Shown here one piece after another: positions 1-12,714 of a stretch of DNA of 64,000 bases. The stretch covers positions 42,656,001-42,720,000 of the forward strand of contig OZ024748.1 in the NCBI GenBank assembly GCA_964016885.1, in the 5' to 3' direction. The stretch comes from Eledone cirrhosa. Lineage: Eukaryota. Every line of letters begins with the position of its first letter. Position 1 is the first letter of the stretch. The position numbers were made by a program, and so were the translations under genes. Under the pieces are notes generated by a model that was not told where the DNA came from, did no database searches, and saw only the letters and a list, made by a program, of their open reading frames with translations.

Positions 1-537
1 TGATGGTTGAGCTGGTTTTTTACTTTTGTTCGAGATTGTCCTAAACATGACCGTGTTTAGGAGTCTCTGGCTTTTTAGTTCCGGGGGGGAATGGATTGTG
101 AATGAACCATTTTCCCCGTACACTATATATTTTTTCGCATCCGCCAGTAGCTCCTTCGCTTTTGTTATATCTACTGGCAGATAGTCGAGGGTTTTCCTTG
201 TCGTCTCGGCGAAGGAGAAATTTTGTTTGTTTGTGTTGTTGTTGTCGTTGGTGGTGTTGTTGTTATCATTGTTGTTGTTGTCACCGTTATTGGTCTTGTT
301 GTTGTTATTGTTATTGTTATTGGTGTTGTTTTCTACCGTCGCATTGTTGTTGTTGTTGCTGTTGGTTCTTTGGGTTGTTGCCATGGTAACGTCAAGTTGT
401 CGGTTAACAGGTGGAGAGAATTCTTCCTCTGGCTGACCTATCTTCTTGACCTCTGCTACTGTGACAGTGGCAGGGGGAAGCTGTAAGTTCATCTTCCCCT
501 TTCCTCCTTCGAATTTTTGTGAAGAAGCTTCGGCCAT
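1..537 (-). CDS. Partial ORF1-like protein with Asn-rich N-terminus (MAEASSQKFEGGKGKMNLQLPP...NNNN...FAETTRKTLDYLPV...)
   Basis: Manual translation gives 179 codons with no stop. It is absent from the ORF track because it runs off the edge. Confidence 0.6.
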   Translation of the reverse strand, partial: MAEASSQKFEGGKGKMNLQLPPATVTVAEVKKIGQPEEEFSPPVNRQLDVTMATTQRTNSNNNNNATVENNTNNNNNNNNKTNNGDNNNNDNNNTTNDNNNTNKQNFSFAETTRKTLDYLPVDITKAKELLADAKKYIVYGENGSFTIHSPPELKSQRLLNTVMFRTISNKSKKPAQPS

Positions 538-750
538 TTAAAAAAATATTGACTTTTCAACAAGAAAAAACTTTTTTTTTAACTATTTCGCCTAAAGGCG
601 TAGAATATTTTGAGAGACTGACCAGATCAAAGTTTGACCTGGCAGTCCCTCTACAAAATGGTACAAAATTTAAAGTTATCAGACAAGAATTTCTATAGAA
701 ATTTAAACAGAACTTACTCAGCAAGTTATACGCGTGTGTCCATCCCAGAT
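1..750 (-). mobile_element. Tx1-like LINE copy D, 5' UTR and start of ORF1 (runs off the window edge)
   Basis: Begins immediately after the (TATC)n tail of copy A in the same orientation and carries an open minus-strand frame from ATG 537 to base 1. Tx1 assignment is inferred from context and composition. Confidence 0.6.
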
Positions 751-794
<44 letters not shown>

Positions 795-826
795 TAGATC
801 TAGATATAGATATAGATATAGATATA
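751..826. repeat. (GATA)n/(GATATA)n microsatellite, the 3' tail or target of Tx1 copy A
   Basis: Directly visible, lying just downstream of a minus-strand AATAAA (831-836). Confidence 0.9.
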
Positions 827-3087
827 TTTCTTTATTAACCACATGGGTGCACAAGAAAAGGGGACAATACAAAGACATGCAGGGGATTTTACATACAGTC
901 GTGTAAAAAATATAAAAACAAACAATTACAACTATAGAAATCCCCAATAGGGGGGAGGCGCCACAAATGGGTTGTTTAATACCCCATCGATAGAACAACC
1001 CTCAACTCCAGGAGCATGTTGGGCAAGTGCTCCTTTCTTTCTTTTGCTCTCTTCTTCAACCTACTGGCTTATAAACAGAGAAGGCCCAATCACTCGGGCC
1101 ATTTTCGCTTCATTCACCCACCTTTCAGTAAATTTACTGGGGTGCAGTGCCGCTCTCTCCACCCTGATTCTCCTTCTAAAGTGATACTTAAAGAAGGGAA
1201 TCAATTGTTGTCCGGAGAGAAAGGCATCTGTCCTCAGTCCTCTCAACCTCGTCCACCATATAACTTCTTTCACCGTACAGAGGCAAACCGCCTCTCTTTC
1301 GTTTTTGAAAGAGGCTGGCGGTTTGATCCTTGCTATGAACTCGGCAGTCAACTGGATTTGTCCCATACGCGACAGCAGTTGTTCTGCATAGTTCCACAGG
1401 TCGGTTACGCCGGGGCAGTGTACAATTGCGTGCAGGACTGTTTCAATGTCCTGCGTGCATCTTGGACACGTCCTCTTGGAAGGATCCCTGCCGGGGCGTC
1501 CGTGCCTGTAGATCTTGTCACGAACCGGTAGAGCTCCTCGGTAGCACTGCCAGGCCAGGGACCTCTGGAAGGTGTCCATATGTCCCGGGTGGAAAGTCTT
1601 ACCAAACAGACTGGTGAGCTCATCGTCTTCGACGCCCAGAGTCTCTCCGAGCACGTCGTCGCCCTTGTAACGTACAATCCCTCTATAGAATGTCGAAGTA
1701 GAGTCTCCACTGATTGCTGCGGCCGCTTGCCAGAGGACTGTGAGCACCTGAGCGCATTCAATGTGCCAGGCACCCATCGTTTTCGGGCTTTTCTTCACCC
1801 AGGACTGCAGCTCCGTCAGCGAGACGAGCTGTGGGAATGCATGACTCACAAACGGTGTCCACACCGGTTGGGGGTCGGTGGGGAATACCTGGAGATGCCG
1901 CAGCCTCAGGGCATTCCCAGCCCTCCGTTGGAAGGGTGCTGACAGCAGACGGATCTCCTCACCAGCGGAGCATGTTTCTTACACAGAAACTGGAAGAGCA
2001 TGCGTTCCATCTTGGCGAGGTGTTCACGGGGACAAGGCACGACAGTCAAGCGGTAGTAGATGACGGAGGCTATGAAAGTGTTCGCCGCCTCCGCTCGACC
2101 TTTGAAGGACAGTTTGCACTCTGTCCACTTCTGGGTGAGTGCAAACACCTTGGCCGTGATCTCGTTCCAGTTTTTCTCCACCTGGAGGTCTGGACCGAAC
2201 CAGACCCCGAGTAATTTCACCGGCTCGTCCGTCCAACGTCCAACGACGCTGTCGGACGTCATCGGTTTGCCTCTCCACGTACCGAGTTGCAAACCGACAG
2301 ATTTGTCCGGGTTTAGTTTTGCTCCCTTCAGCGTTTCGTATTCTTTCAGTAAGTTGCCGATCACCCCGATTTCCGAGGTGCTCGACACCATTACCATCAC
2401 GTCGTCGGCATAAGCCGACGCTGCTTTGCGCAGTTCCGGTTCTAGAGGGATGCCCTGCAACAGCTCCAATTTCCGCAGTAGTGGCTCTAGAGTCAATACA
2501 TACAGAATGGAGGAGAGAGGGCACCCCTGTCGAATGGAACGCGTGATTGCGAACGGCTCCGATAGGTAGCCGTTTACCTTGACCCTCGAGAAGATGCTGG
2601 TGTGCATCGCTTCAATCCATCCTCTGAACACGGGTGAAACCGGCCGCCTTGAGAACCGCTTCCAAGTATCGATGGTCGACCCTATCGAATGCCTTAGACT
2701 GATCCAAGTTGATCAGAGACCCACCGAAGCCGGGTTTACTACCCACCCTCTCTATGATGTATCGCATGAGGTGGAGGTTATCGTGTATGGACCTGGTCGG
2801 GATTGCACACGTTTGCGCTTTCCCTACCAGGTTCTCGACGACAAGTGCCAACCTCGTCGCTAGCACCTTGGCCAAAATCTTTAACTCTGTGTTGAGCAGA
2901 GTTATGGGCCTGAAGTTGTTAATTTTGTCCCCTTTCTTCTCGTCTTTCCTGATCAGCGTTACTACGCCCTTGCCTGCAGAACTGGGAATTCTCCCGTTCT
3001 GCTGCCAATTGCAGTAGACGGCTTCGAGGATGCCAGAGAACAAGTCCGGCATGCCTATGTAAAACTCGTAGGGTAGACCATCTAGAC

Positions 3088-4599
3088 CAAAGGTTCTCAA
3101 CGGGGAGGCATATGCACCCCCGAGGGGGGGGGGTCGGAACTCCGGGGGTGGGGGCGTTTGAAACTAAGGTCGCGTTAGGGGGGCGTTTGGAGTTGGGGTA
3201 GGGGGGTAGGGGGCGCTGGAAGGCTATTTATTCTGGTAAGTTTTATAAGCTATTGTGAATGCCAGTGTGAATGCATTTGAATGAGCTTGCAGACAGCATA
3301 ACTATAGTCTGACTGCAGCTGTGAGCAGGTGTGCAGGCATGTCATGCATTGAGACATTAACCGCAAATTGAGATCCTAAAAATGGAAAAACCCACAGTCG
3401 ACTGGGTCAAAGACACTTTGGGCGTAGCCAGTTAGAATTTTATCTTTCATTCACCGATAACAATGCATTTCATGTCTGAAATTATTGACTCAACCGTAAC
3501 GAGTTAACACTATGTAGATCTATTTTATTCCCTATTGTATAAATAATATTAGAAATAAAACAAAAAGAAAAGAAAAAACAGAAGCGAGTAGCACACATCT
3601 AGGACCACATACAACACATAATCAGATAATACACACATCTAGGACCACATACAACACATAATCAGATAATACACACATCTAGGACCACATACAACACATA
3701 ATCAGATAATACACACATCTAGGACCACATACAACACATAATCAGATAATACACACATCTAGGCCACATACAACACATAATCAGATAATACACACATCTA
3801 GGCCACATACAACACATAATCAGATAATACACACATCTAGGACCACATACAACACATAATCAGATAATACACACATCTAGGACCACATACAACACATAAT
3901 CAGATAATACACACATCTAGGACCACATACAACACATAATCAGGTAATACACACATCTAGGCCACATACAACACATAATCAGATAATACACACATCTAGG
4001 CCACATACAACACATAATCAGATAATACACACATCTAGGCCACATACAACACATAATCAGATAATACACACATCTAGGACCACATACAACACATAATCAG
4101 ATAATACACACATCTAGGACCACATACAACACATAATCAGATAATACACACATCTAGGACCACATACAACACATAATCAGATAATACACACATCTAGGAC
4201 CACATACAACACATAATCAGATAATACACACATCTAGGACCACATACAACACATAATCAGATAATACACACATCTAGGCCACATACAACACATAATCAGA
4301 TAATACACACATCTAGGACCACATACAACACATAATCAGATAATACACACATCTAGGACCACATACAACACATAATCAGATAATACACACATCTAGGACC
4401 ACATACAACACATAATCAGATAATACACACATCTAGGACCACATACAACACATAATCAGATAATACACACATCTAGGACCACATACAACACATGATCAGA
4501 TAATACACACATCTTTGGAATATTGTTAGAAAATAGGGGGGGGGGGTGATTTCGAGGGACAAAAGGGGGCGTTTGGCCTAAATGGGTTGAGAACCTGTG
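3088..4599. mobile_element. Non-autonomous hAT (Charlie-like) DNA transposon / MITE
   Basis: TIRs CAAAGGTTCTCAAC and GTTGAGAACCTGTG (13/14 match), 8-bp TSD ATCTAGAC at 3080-3087 and 4600-4607. Removing the insert restores KSPGLDGLPYEFY in Tx1 ORF2. Confidence 0.93.
3592..4512. repeat. 40-bp minisatellite (ACACACATCTAGGACCACATACAACACATAATCAGATAAT), about 23 copies, with 39-bp variants
   Basis: Directly visible, near-identical units inside the hAT MITE. Confidence 0.97.
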
Positions 4600-6008
4600 A
4601 TCTAGACCGGGTGACTTGCGTTTCCCGCAGCGGCCCAGAGCGTCCCGTATCTCAGTGTCCGTGATCGGTCTTTCGCAGAACTCGGCGTCCGTGTTCGAGA
4701 GACGGGGCAGGCCGTCGAGGTATGAACTAAAGTCCATTGCCCCGTTCGGCTCACCGTCGTTCTGCTCAAACAGTCGCGCAAAGTGCCGCTGAAAGGCCGC
4801 TCACAGTTGCTTGGGGTCAAATAGCACGCGTCCGTTTTTGTCTTTGAAAGACCGCGTCGTGGACTTGTTACCACTTTTTGCCTCCGCCACTCGGGCCCAG
4901 CTGACAGCTTTCGCTCCTTCGTTTCATAGAGCACGTGTTTTGCTTCTGACCACGCAACCTTCGTGTTTCGCATCGAAGAACTGGTCCACTGCCGTTCTCA
5001 ACGCTAACACTCTAGCCGCGTTGCCACTCTAAGTGCCTCCTCTACCTTGGCTACTAGTTCTCTTTCTATTCTGTTTTTCTCTAAGGCGAACTCTCTGCTA
5101 TACCCTATCGATTCTATTCTAATTGCTTTCTTGAGAGAGTACCACCATCTATTGTCGACGATGGCTCCCGATAACTGTTGCTTGACTAGTCTACTTATCC
5201 GTTCTCTGTAAGATTTACGTGCCGACAACGACACGTTCAGCTTCCAGTATCCGGGTCCCTGTCTATGTATTCTATCACGTTTACTAAGCAGACGATTAAC
5301 TTGTGATCTGAATAGGCAACCATGTACATTCGTGGACAGCTTAACATTCCTTGTCCCTTTCTCTAATGAAGAACCTATCTAAATACGATCTAGATGTCCC
5401 ACTGCGGTGCAGGCGGGAAATCCAGTCGATACCTATCGGCCAGTTGGAATTGGCCGATTAAAGTTTTGAGGCTGTTGCACCCCGCTCTACTGGGACATGC
5501 TCCCACATAGTCCCATCGTGCATCTAGGATACCATTCCAGTCCCCCACTAAAAGTAAGGAGCGCGACGTTCCCAGAAAAGACTCTAGACGCTTAAAGAAG
5601 TCTGGCCGTGATTGCGATTGTCCGGTCGAGGCATAAACGGCCACCAGTCTGAAGGCTCCACCTCCGATACTGTTCACGTCTAGGACTACTAGTCTACCCT
5701 CCGGGTCCAAGTGTATTTGCTGTACTTCGACGTCCAGGTTCTTCCGAAACATGACAGCCACTCCACCTCCACCTCCTGGCTGACAGAGAGATACGTAGAT
5801 CTCAAAGTCGTCGAAGATGGGGGTTAGTTGCTGCCTTTGCGGATCCTGGACTCGGTGATGGCTATCACATCCATACTGTGTGACCTAAGGTCGTTTAAAA
5901 GTTGGCCCTGTTTCCAGGGCATCCCTAGGCCACGCACATTCACGGTTCCAACTCGTAAACTAGCCATGTTGGTGAAAAAAAGTTGGAGAAAAAGCACGAA
6001 AGGTGCAC

Positions 6009-7292
6009 TTACCTTTTCGTTTCCTGGAGATCGGGTTGTTCAATCTCCATTTGGGTGCTGGATGGGGTGTTGGGTGGGGTGGGGTGGGAAACATTTTAAC
6101 AGGACGCGGTTGATGGGTTTGTGACAGGGGTTACCCACGTCCTGTGAAAATGTATTTTTTAGGTCATTATAGGTTTCCATAGAAACCCTTATAAGTTTAA
6201 GGTGTGGAGACGATTCTGCCTTGACGAAAGTTTTGCCCTCCGTCTCCACCTTGGGGTTTTGGGAGATGACCTCCATCAAACTCTTGTTGTTTGTGTTGAT
6301 GTATGCGTATTGTTGTTTGTGTTTTTGTTGTGTTGTTTAGTTTGTTGTTCGTCCGGGAGTTTTCTTTTTATGGTGGGTGCTTGTGTTTGGGGTGGTGTTG
6401 GTGCTGGTTTTTCCTGATAGGGGGATGTTTGACTGTGGTGTTGTTTGAGTCTGTTGTTGTGTGTTGGTGTTGGTGATTGGAGTTTTGGGGGTTTTGTGGT
6501 GTCTCTTTTTTTGTTTTTTAGATTTCCGTGGCTCTCCCTCTACTTCACTTAAAGAAGGAGAAGCACCTTCATCCGTCGATGAATAATCATCGTCAGGTAT
6601 GTGGGGTAGGGGTATGTTGTGTGGTGGTGGTGTTTCGGTGTGTGTGTTTATGGTAGTGTTTGATGGAGTGGGATGGAGTGGGGCTGTGTTCTTCAGGGGT
6701 GTTGTCTCTGTTTTTTCTGTTGTTGTTGGTTGAGTGTCTGTTTGTTTTGGTGTGGTTGCTCGTTTCGTCTGTCGTTGTACTTGTGGTGGTGGTTGTTGTT
6801 TTGGTGTTGGTGTTGGTAATAGTGTTTTTTAATGATGTTGTTGGTGTGTGTTTGTGGACAAGAGGCTTTTAGGTGTGCTGTGCTACCACAGCGAAAGCAA
6901 TCAAATTTTCGTCCTTCTACCGAAATGTTTATTTTGTTGTTATTATCGATGACGACTCTTTCGGGTATTTTGGAGATTCTCTCCGGTTTCATTTGCAACA
7001 GAATCTCCAAATCGGTACCCGCCCACCTTTGTCGAATAGATTTTCGTATCGAAAGAATCATATCAGTTTCTGGCTCTACGAAGCCAGCCAAGATCCACCA
7101 GATGTTAATGTTTGGGGGTATGTTTTTTATTTTTATTTTTTGTGTCCTTTTTCCCATGTATGTAGGGAAAAGGTGTATGCTTTTGACACCATTGGTGTCA
7201 CAGAATGTTTTTGGGCGAGTGCCTCGCTTTTAAACAGTACGGAAACACTTCCGTACTGTTTTCCTCGCTGGAGAAAATCGATATTGCTAGAA
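6009..7292 (-). pseudogene. Tx1 ORF1 remnant with CCHC zinc knuckle
   Basis: CFRCGSTAHLKASC in ORF 6693..7157. Ends ...DLQETKR* at 6009, 41 nt before the ORF2 ATG (5967). Confidence 0.8.
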
Positions 7293-10153
7293 TTTCCTAT
7301 AACTCCTACCAGAAACCCCTCCCCACCAAACATCTCCGTCCCCACCCTGCCAGGAACCACCACCCTAACAAAAACAACCCCTACAACACCCCTATGGACA
7401 TTGTGCAGCCTGGTCCCCAGGAGACGAAGAGGTGAGTGATTTCTTTTCCTCTTCTTCTAACTTTTCAGCACCAACATGGCCAATATAAGAGTTGGATGTG
7501 TGAATGTACGCGGCCTGGGATACCCTGGAAACGGCAAACTCTTAAACGACCTCAGGTCGCACAGTATGGATGTAGTAGCCATTTGCGAGTCCAGGATCCA
7601 CAGCGAGCGACAGCTGGCTCCCATCTTCGACGACTTTGAGATCTACGCATCTCTCTGTCAGCCGGAAGGTGGGGGTGGAGTTGCCGTTTTGCTGCGGAAA
7701 CACCTGGACCTCGTAACACAGACGATACATCTGGACCCGGAGGGTCGACTGCTGGACTTAGACGTTGACGGTAGTGAAGGTGGAGCCTTCAGGCTGGTGG
7801 CCGCATATGCCCCATCCGGGACACCGCGGCCAGACTTCTTCAAACGTCTAGAGACTTTTCTGGGAACGTCCTGCTCCTTGCTTTTAGTGGGGGACTGGAA
7901 TGGAATCCTAGATGCACGTTGGGACTATGTGGGAGCATGTCTCGATAAAGGGGGTGTAACAGCCTCAAACAGTTAATCGGCCGATTTGACCTGGCCGATA
8001 GATATCGACTAGATTTTCCGACTGTGCCACTGTCGACGTGGACTAATCGCAGCAGAACATCTAGATCGTACCTAGATAGAGTTCTAGTTAGAAATAAAGA
8101 TAGGGACATGTTAAGCTGTCCACAAATGTTCATGGTTGCCTATTCAGATCACAAACTAGCGACCTGCATGGTCAACCTCGATAGAACCCATAGACAAAGA
8201 CCCGGCTACTGGAAGCTGAACTTGTCGTTACCGACATGCAAAGCCTACAGTAGACGGATTAGCACTTTAGTTAAACAGCACTTGACAGGGGCCATTGTCA
8301 ACAACAGATGGTGGTACTCTCTCAAGAGGGCAGTTAGATTAGACTCGTTAGTTTTTAGTAAAGGGTTAGCGTTAAATAGAAGTAGGACCGAGAAGGAACT
8401 GATAGATAAAGTAGAAGAGGCAATTAGAAGTGGCAACGTAGCCAGCGTTCTAGCAACGAGAACGGTCTTGGACTAGTTCTTCGACACAAAGCACGAGGGC
8501 TGCGTTATCAGAAGCAAAACACGTGCTCTGGGTAACGAGGGAGCCAAAGCTGTTAGCTGGGCCCGGGTGACGGAAGCAAAACGTGGCAACTAGTCCACGA
8601 TTCAGTCTTTGAAGGACCAAGACGGACGCGTGATACGTGAGCTGAAGCAGATGTGCGCGGCCTTTCAGCGGCACTTTTCTCAGCTGTTCGGGCAGGGCGG
8701 CGCACCGAGAAGAGCTATGGATTTCGGTCTATACCTCGACGGCCTATCGCGACTCTCGGACAGCGAATCGAATTTCTGCGAAAAGCCCATTTCAGCCGCT
8801 GAGATAGGGGACGCGCTGAGCCAATGCGGCAAACGCAAATCTCCAGCTCTCGACGGGCTACCCTACGAATTTTACGTAGCAATGCCGGACTTGTTCTCCG
8901 GTCTCCTGGAAGCGGTCTACTGCAACTGGCAGCAGAACGGGAGAATTCCCAGTTCTGTGACCAAGGGCGTAGTCACACTAGTCAGGAAGGACGAGAATAA
9001 GGGAGATGACATAGGCAACTTCCGGCCCATAACTCTGCTCAACACAGAGTTACAGATTTTGCCCAAGGTGTTGGCAAAGAGGCTGGCGCTTGTCGTCGAG
9101 AACCTGTTGTGAGAAGCGCAGACATGTGCAATCCCGACCAGGTCCATACACGACAACATCCACCTCATGCGATACATCATAGAGAGGGTAGGGTGTAAAC
9201 CCGGCTTCGGTGGGGCCCTGATCAACTTGGATCAGTATAAGGCTTTCGATAGGGTTGACCATCGTTACCTGGATGCGGTGCCCGAGGCGGCAGGCTTCGG
9301 ACCCGTGTTCAGGGGCTGGATTGCTGCAATGCACAACAGCAACATCTGCTCAAGGGTCAAGGTGAACGGCTACCTCTCAGAGGCCGTTCCATATCACGCG
9401 ATCCATTCGACAGGGATGCCCTCTCTCCTCCCCTCTGTACGTACTGACTCTCGAGCCACTACTGCGGAAGTTGGAGCTATTTCAGGGCATCCCACTGGAA
9501 CCGCGACTGCGGAAAGCGGCGTCGGCACCTTACTGAAGGAATACGAAAGATTCACAGGAGCAAAGCTGAACCGGGACAAGTCCGTCGGTTTGCAACTCGG
9601 AACGTGGAGAGGCAAACCGATGCCTTCCGATGGCGTCGTCGGACGCTGGGAGGAAGGACCGGTAAAGCTGCTCGGGTGCTCGGGGTCTGGTTTGGTCCGG
9701 ACCTCCAGGTGGAGAAGAACTGGAACGAGGTGACGGCGCAAGGTGTTTGCACTCACCCAGAAGTGGTTCGAGTGCAAACTATCCTTGAAAGGTCGAACGG
9801 AAGTGGCGAACACTTTTATAGCGTCCGTCATCTACTACCGCTTGGCCGTCGTATCTTCTCCAGCCAAAACGCTCACCAAAATGGAGCGCACGCTCTTCCG
9901 ATTCCTTTGGAAGAGGCGGGCTCCTTTGGTGAGAAGATCCATCTGCTGCCAACACCCTTCCAACGGAGGGCTGGGGATGCCGTGGTTGATGATGCGCAAC
10001 CACGCGCTCAGGCTGCGGCATCTCTACGTATCCCTCACCAGACAACCGGTGTGGGCCCCGTTCGTGAGGCGAGCCTTCCCACGATTCGTCTCGCTGACCG
10101 AGCTGCAGTCCTGGGTCAAGCAAAGACCGAGGAAAATGGGCGACTGGCACATC
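7293..10153 (+). mobile_element. Tx1-like LINE copy B (end of ORF1 plus ORF2 from 7476), truncated at both ends, degenerate
   Basis: MANIRVGCVNVRGL, VGDWN, SDH, KSPALDGLP, KAFDRVDH and GGLGMP motifs, with stops and frameshifts. Ends in a fold-back palindrome. Confidence 0.92.
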
Positions 10154-10182
10154 GATGTGCCAGTCGCCCATTTTCCTCAGTC
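10125..10182. repeat. Palindrome (perfect 50 bp at 10129-10178; 58 bp with 1 mismatch) at the 3' breakpoint of Tx1 copy B
   Basis: GAGGAAAATGGGCGACTGGCACATC|GATGTGCCAGTCGCCCATTTTCCTC. Confidence 0.95.
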
Positions 10183-10388
10183 GTATATATGTATGTAATC
10201 TATGTATGTATGTATGTATGTCTATAATTTAACAGCTTTACTCTCTCTGTCGCTTTTCACTCTCTCTATAATAGATCATTCCCCCTCTCTATAATTTAAT
10301 TGCTTTACTCTCTCTGTCGCTCTTCACTCTCTATATGACAACACTGTTTTAGTTTCCGTATCTCCCTAGAGGGAGAGAGAGATAGATA

Positions 10389-12714
10389 TATTTCTTTATT
10401 TACCATAAAGGCATAAAAAGAAGGGACAAATACAAAGGGGGAGTTTACATATAATCGAGTAAAAAGGGTGTAACATGAAAATAATCGAAAATAACCTCAA
10501 AAGGGAGGGGACGTGATGGGGGTTGCACACACCCCCGAAGAAGTGTGCAATCCTTTGCCCGGGGAGCACATGGAGAAGGTGCTCCCCTCTCCTTTACTTC
10601 TTTACCTACAGGATGGTATACAGAGAAGGCCCACTTACACGAGCCATTCTCGCCACTATCACCCACCTTTCATAAAACTGCCTGTGGCCAAGCACCTGTC
10701 TCTCCATTCTTATCCTTCTTCCGAAGTGATATCGGAAGAAGTAGACCAGACTATGGCCAGAGAGGAAGTTGCCTGACCTCAGACCTTTCAATCGTGTCCA
10801 CCAAACAACCTCTTTCAACATGGCTATTACGCACAGAAAAACCGCCTTTGCTTCCTTTGTGAAGAGGGGAGGCGGTTTGATTGTCATCACGGACTCGGCG
10901 GTCAATTTAATCGGCGCCACCCGCGACAGCAGTCGTTCGGCGTAGCCCCACAGATCATCCACGCCCGGACATTGCACCAATGCGTGCGCAACGGTTTCTT
11001 CGTGACGCACGCATCTAGAGCAAATCTTTTTTGAGGGATCCCTGCCCGGGCGCCCGTGTCTGTAGAGCCTCTCTCGAACGGGTAGAGCCCCCCGGTAGCA
11101 CTGCCAGGCCAGTGACTTCTGGAAGTTGTCCATTGGTCCTGGGCCGAAAGTCCTACCGAACAGGCTGGCCAGTTCGTCTTCTTCCATGTCCAGCGACTCT
11201 CAAAGGGTGTCATCGCCCCTGCTAGCCACCAGCCCTCTATAGAATGATGAGGTGGATTCTCCACCGATGGCCTGGCCCGCTTGCCAGAGAGCCCTGAGCG
11301 TTTGAGCACACTCAGTGTGCCAGTCTCTCAGTTTTCCGGATCTTTGCTTGACCCAGGACTGTAGCTCGGTGAGCGAGACGAGTCTCGGAAAGGCTCGTTT
11401 CACGAACGGAGCCCACACCGGTTGACCAGTGAGGAATACCTGTAGGTGCCGTAGCCTTAATGCGTGCCTACGCATCATCAACCACGGCATCCCCAGCCCT
11501 CCTTTCGAAGGTTGTTGGCAGCAGATGGATCTTCTCACCATAGGAGGGCGCTTCTTCCAAAGAAATTGGAAGAGCATGCGTTCCATGGTGGTGAGTGTTT
11601 CCTTAGGGCAAGGCACGACAGTCAGGCGGTAGTAAGTGACGGACGCTATGTAAATGTTCGCCACCTCCGCCCGGCCTTTTAGGGACAGCTTACACTTGGC
11701 CCATTTCTGGGTTAGTGCAAACATCTTGTTCGTAACCTCGTTCCAGTTCTTTTCCACCTGGAGGTCCGGTCCAAACCAGACCCCAAGCAACTTTACCGGG
11801 CCCTCCGTCCAGTGTCCGACGACACCGTCAGGAGGCATCGGTCTGCCTCTCCACGTTCCGAGTTGCAGCCCGATGGATTTTTCCCGGTTCAGTTTCGCTC
11901 CTGACAACCTTTCGTACTCCTCCAGTAAGGTACCGATCACCTCGATCTCCGAGTCGGTCGATACCATTACTGTTACGTCATCGGCGTAGGCCGACACCGC
12001 TTTGCTCAATCCTGGTTCCAGGGGGATACCCTGCAACAACTCCAACTTCCTCAGTAAAGGCTCGAGAGTCAATACGTACAGAAGGGAGGAGAGAGGGCAC
12101 CCCTGTCGAATGGATTGTGTGATTTCGAACGGCTTCGAAAGGTAGCCGTTCACCTTGATCCTAGAACAGATGTGGTTGCTATGTAAGGCAGTTATCCAGC
12201 CTCTGAAAACAGGACCGAACCCAGCCGCCGCTAGCACCGCATCCAGGTAACCATGGTCGACCCTATCGAAGGCCTTAGACTGATCCAAGTTGATCAGGGC
12301 CCCACCGAAGCGGGGTTTGTTGCCAACCCTCTCTATGATGTATCGCATGAGGTGGAGGTTATCGTGAATGGACCTGGATGGGATAGCACATGTCTGCGCA
12401 TCTCCCACCAGGCCACCCACGACAAGCGCCAACCTCTTTGCTAACACCTTGGCCAAAATCTTTAACTCTGTGTTTAGCAGGGTTATGGGCCGAAAATTAT
12501 TTATACTATCTCCCTTGTTCTCGTCCTTCCTCACCAGCGTGACTACGCCCTTGGCTACAGAACAAGGAATTCTCCCGTTCTGCTGCCAATTGCAGTAGAC
12601 CGCTTCGAGGAGTTCGGAGAAGAAGACCAGCATTGCTAAATAAAGTTCGTAAGGTATACCATCGAGACCTGGAGATTTGCGTCTGCTGCATTGGCTCAGC
12701 GCATCTCCGATCTC
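10389..12714 (-). mobile_element. Tx1-like LINE copy C, 5'-truncated (RT plus C-terminus and 3' UTR)
   Basis: ORFs 11200..12633 (RT with YADD) and 10606..11187 (CSRC..H..C), AATAAA at 10395-10400, candidate TSD GAGATAGATA at 10379-10388 and 12715-12724. Confidence 0.92.

Larger units (their letters stand above)
1061..5967 (-). pseudogene. Tx1 ORF2 (APE endonuclease, reverse transcriptase, zinc knuckle), frameshifted
   Basis: Fragments in several frames: VGDWN (APE), KSPGLDGLP, FRPITLLN, DQSKAFDRVDH, QGCPLS, YADD, CPRC...ETVLHAIVHC. Confidence 0.92.
826..7292 (-). mobile_element. Tx1-like (L1 clade) LINE copy A, 5'-truncated in ORF1, degenerate, interrupted by a hAT MITE
   Basis: ORF1 CCHC knuckle, ORF2 APE + RT + C-terminal Cys/His motif, AATAAA and simple-repeat tail. 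Confidence 0.92.

Noticed and set aside
102-486. Plus-strand Cys/Val/Leu-rich ORFs
   Set aside because: Antisense readings of the (AAC)n-rich ORF1 on the minus strand.
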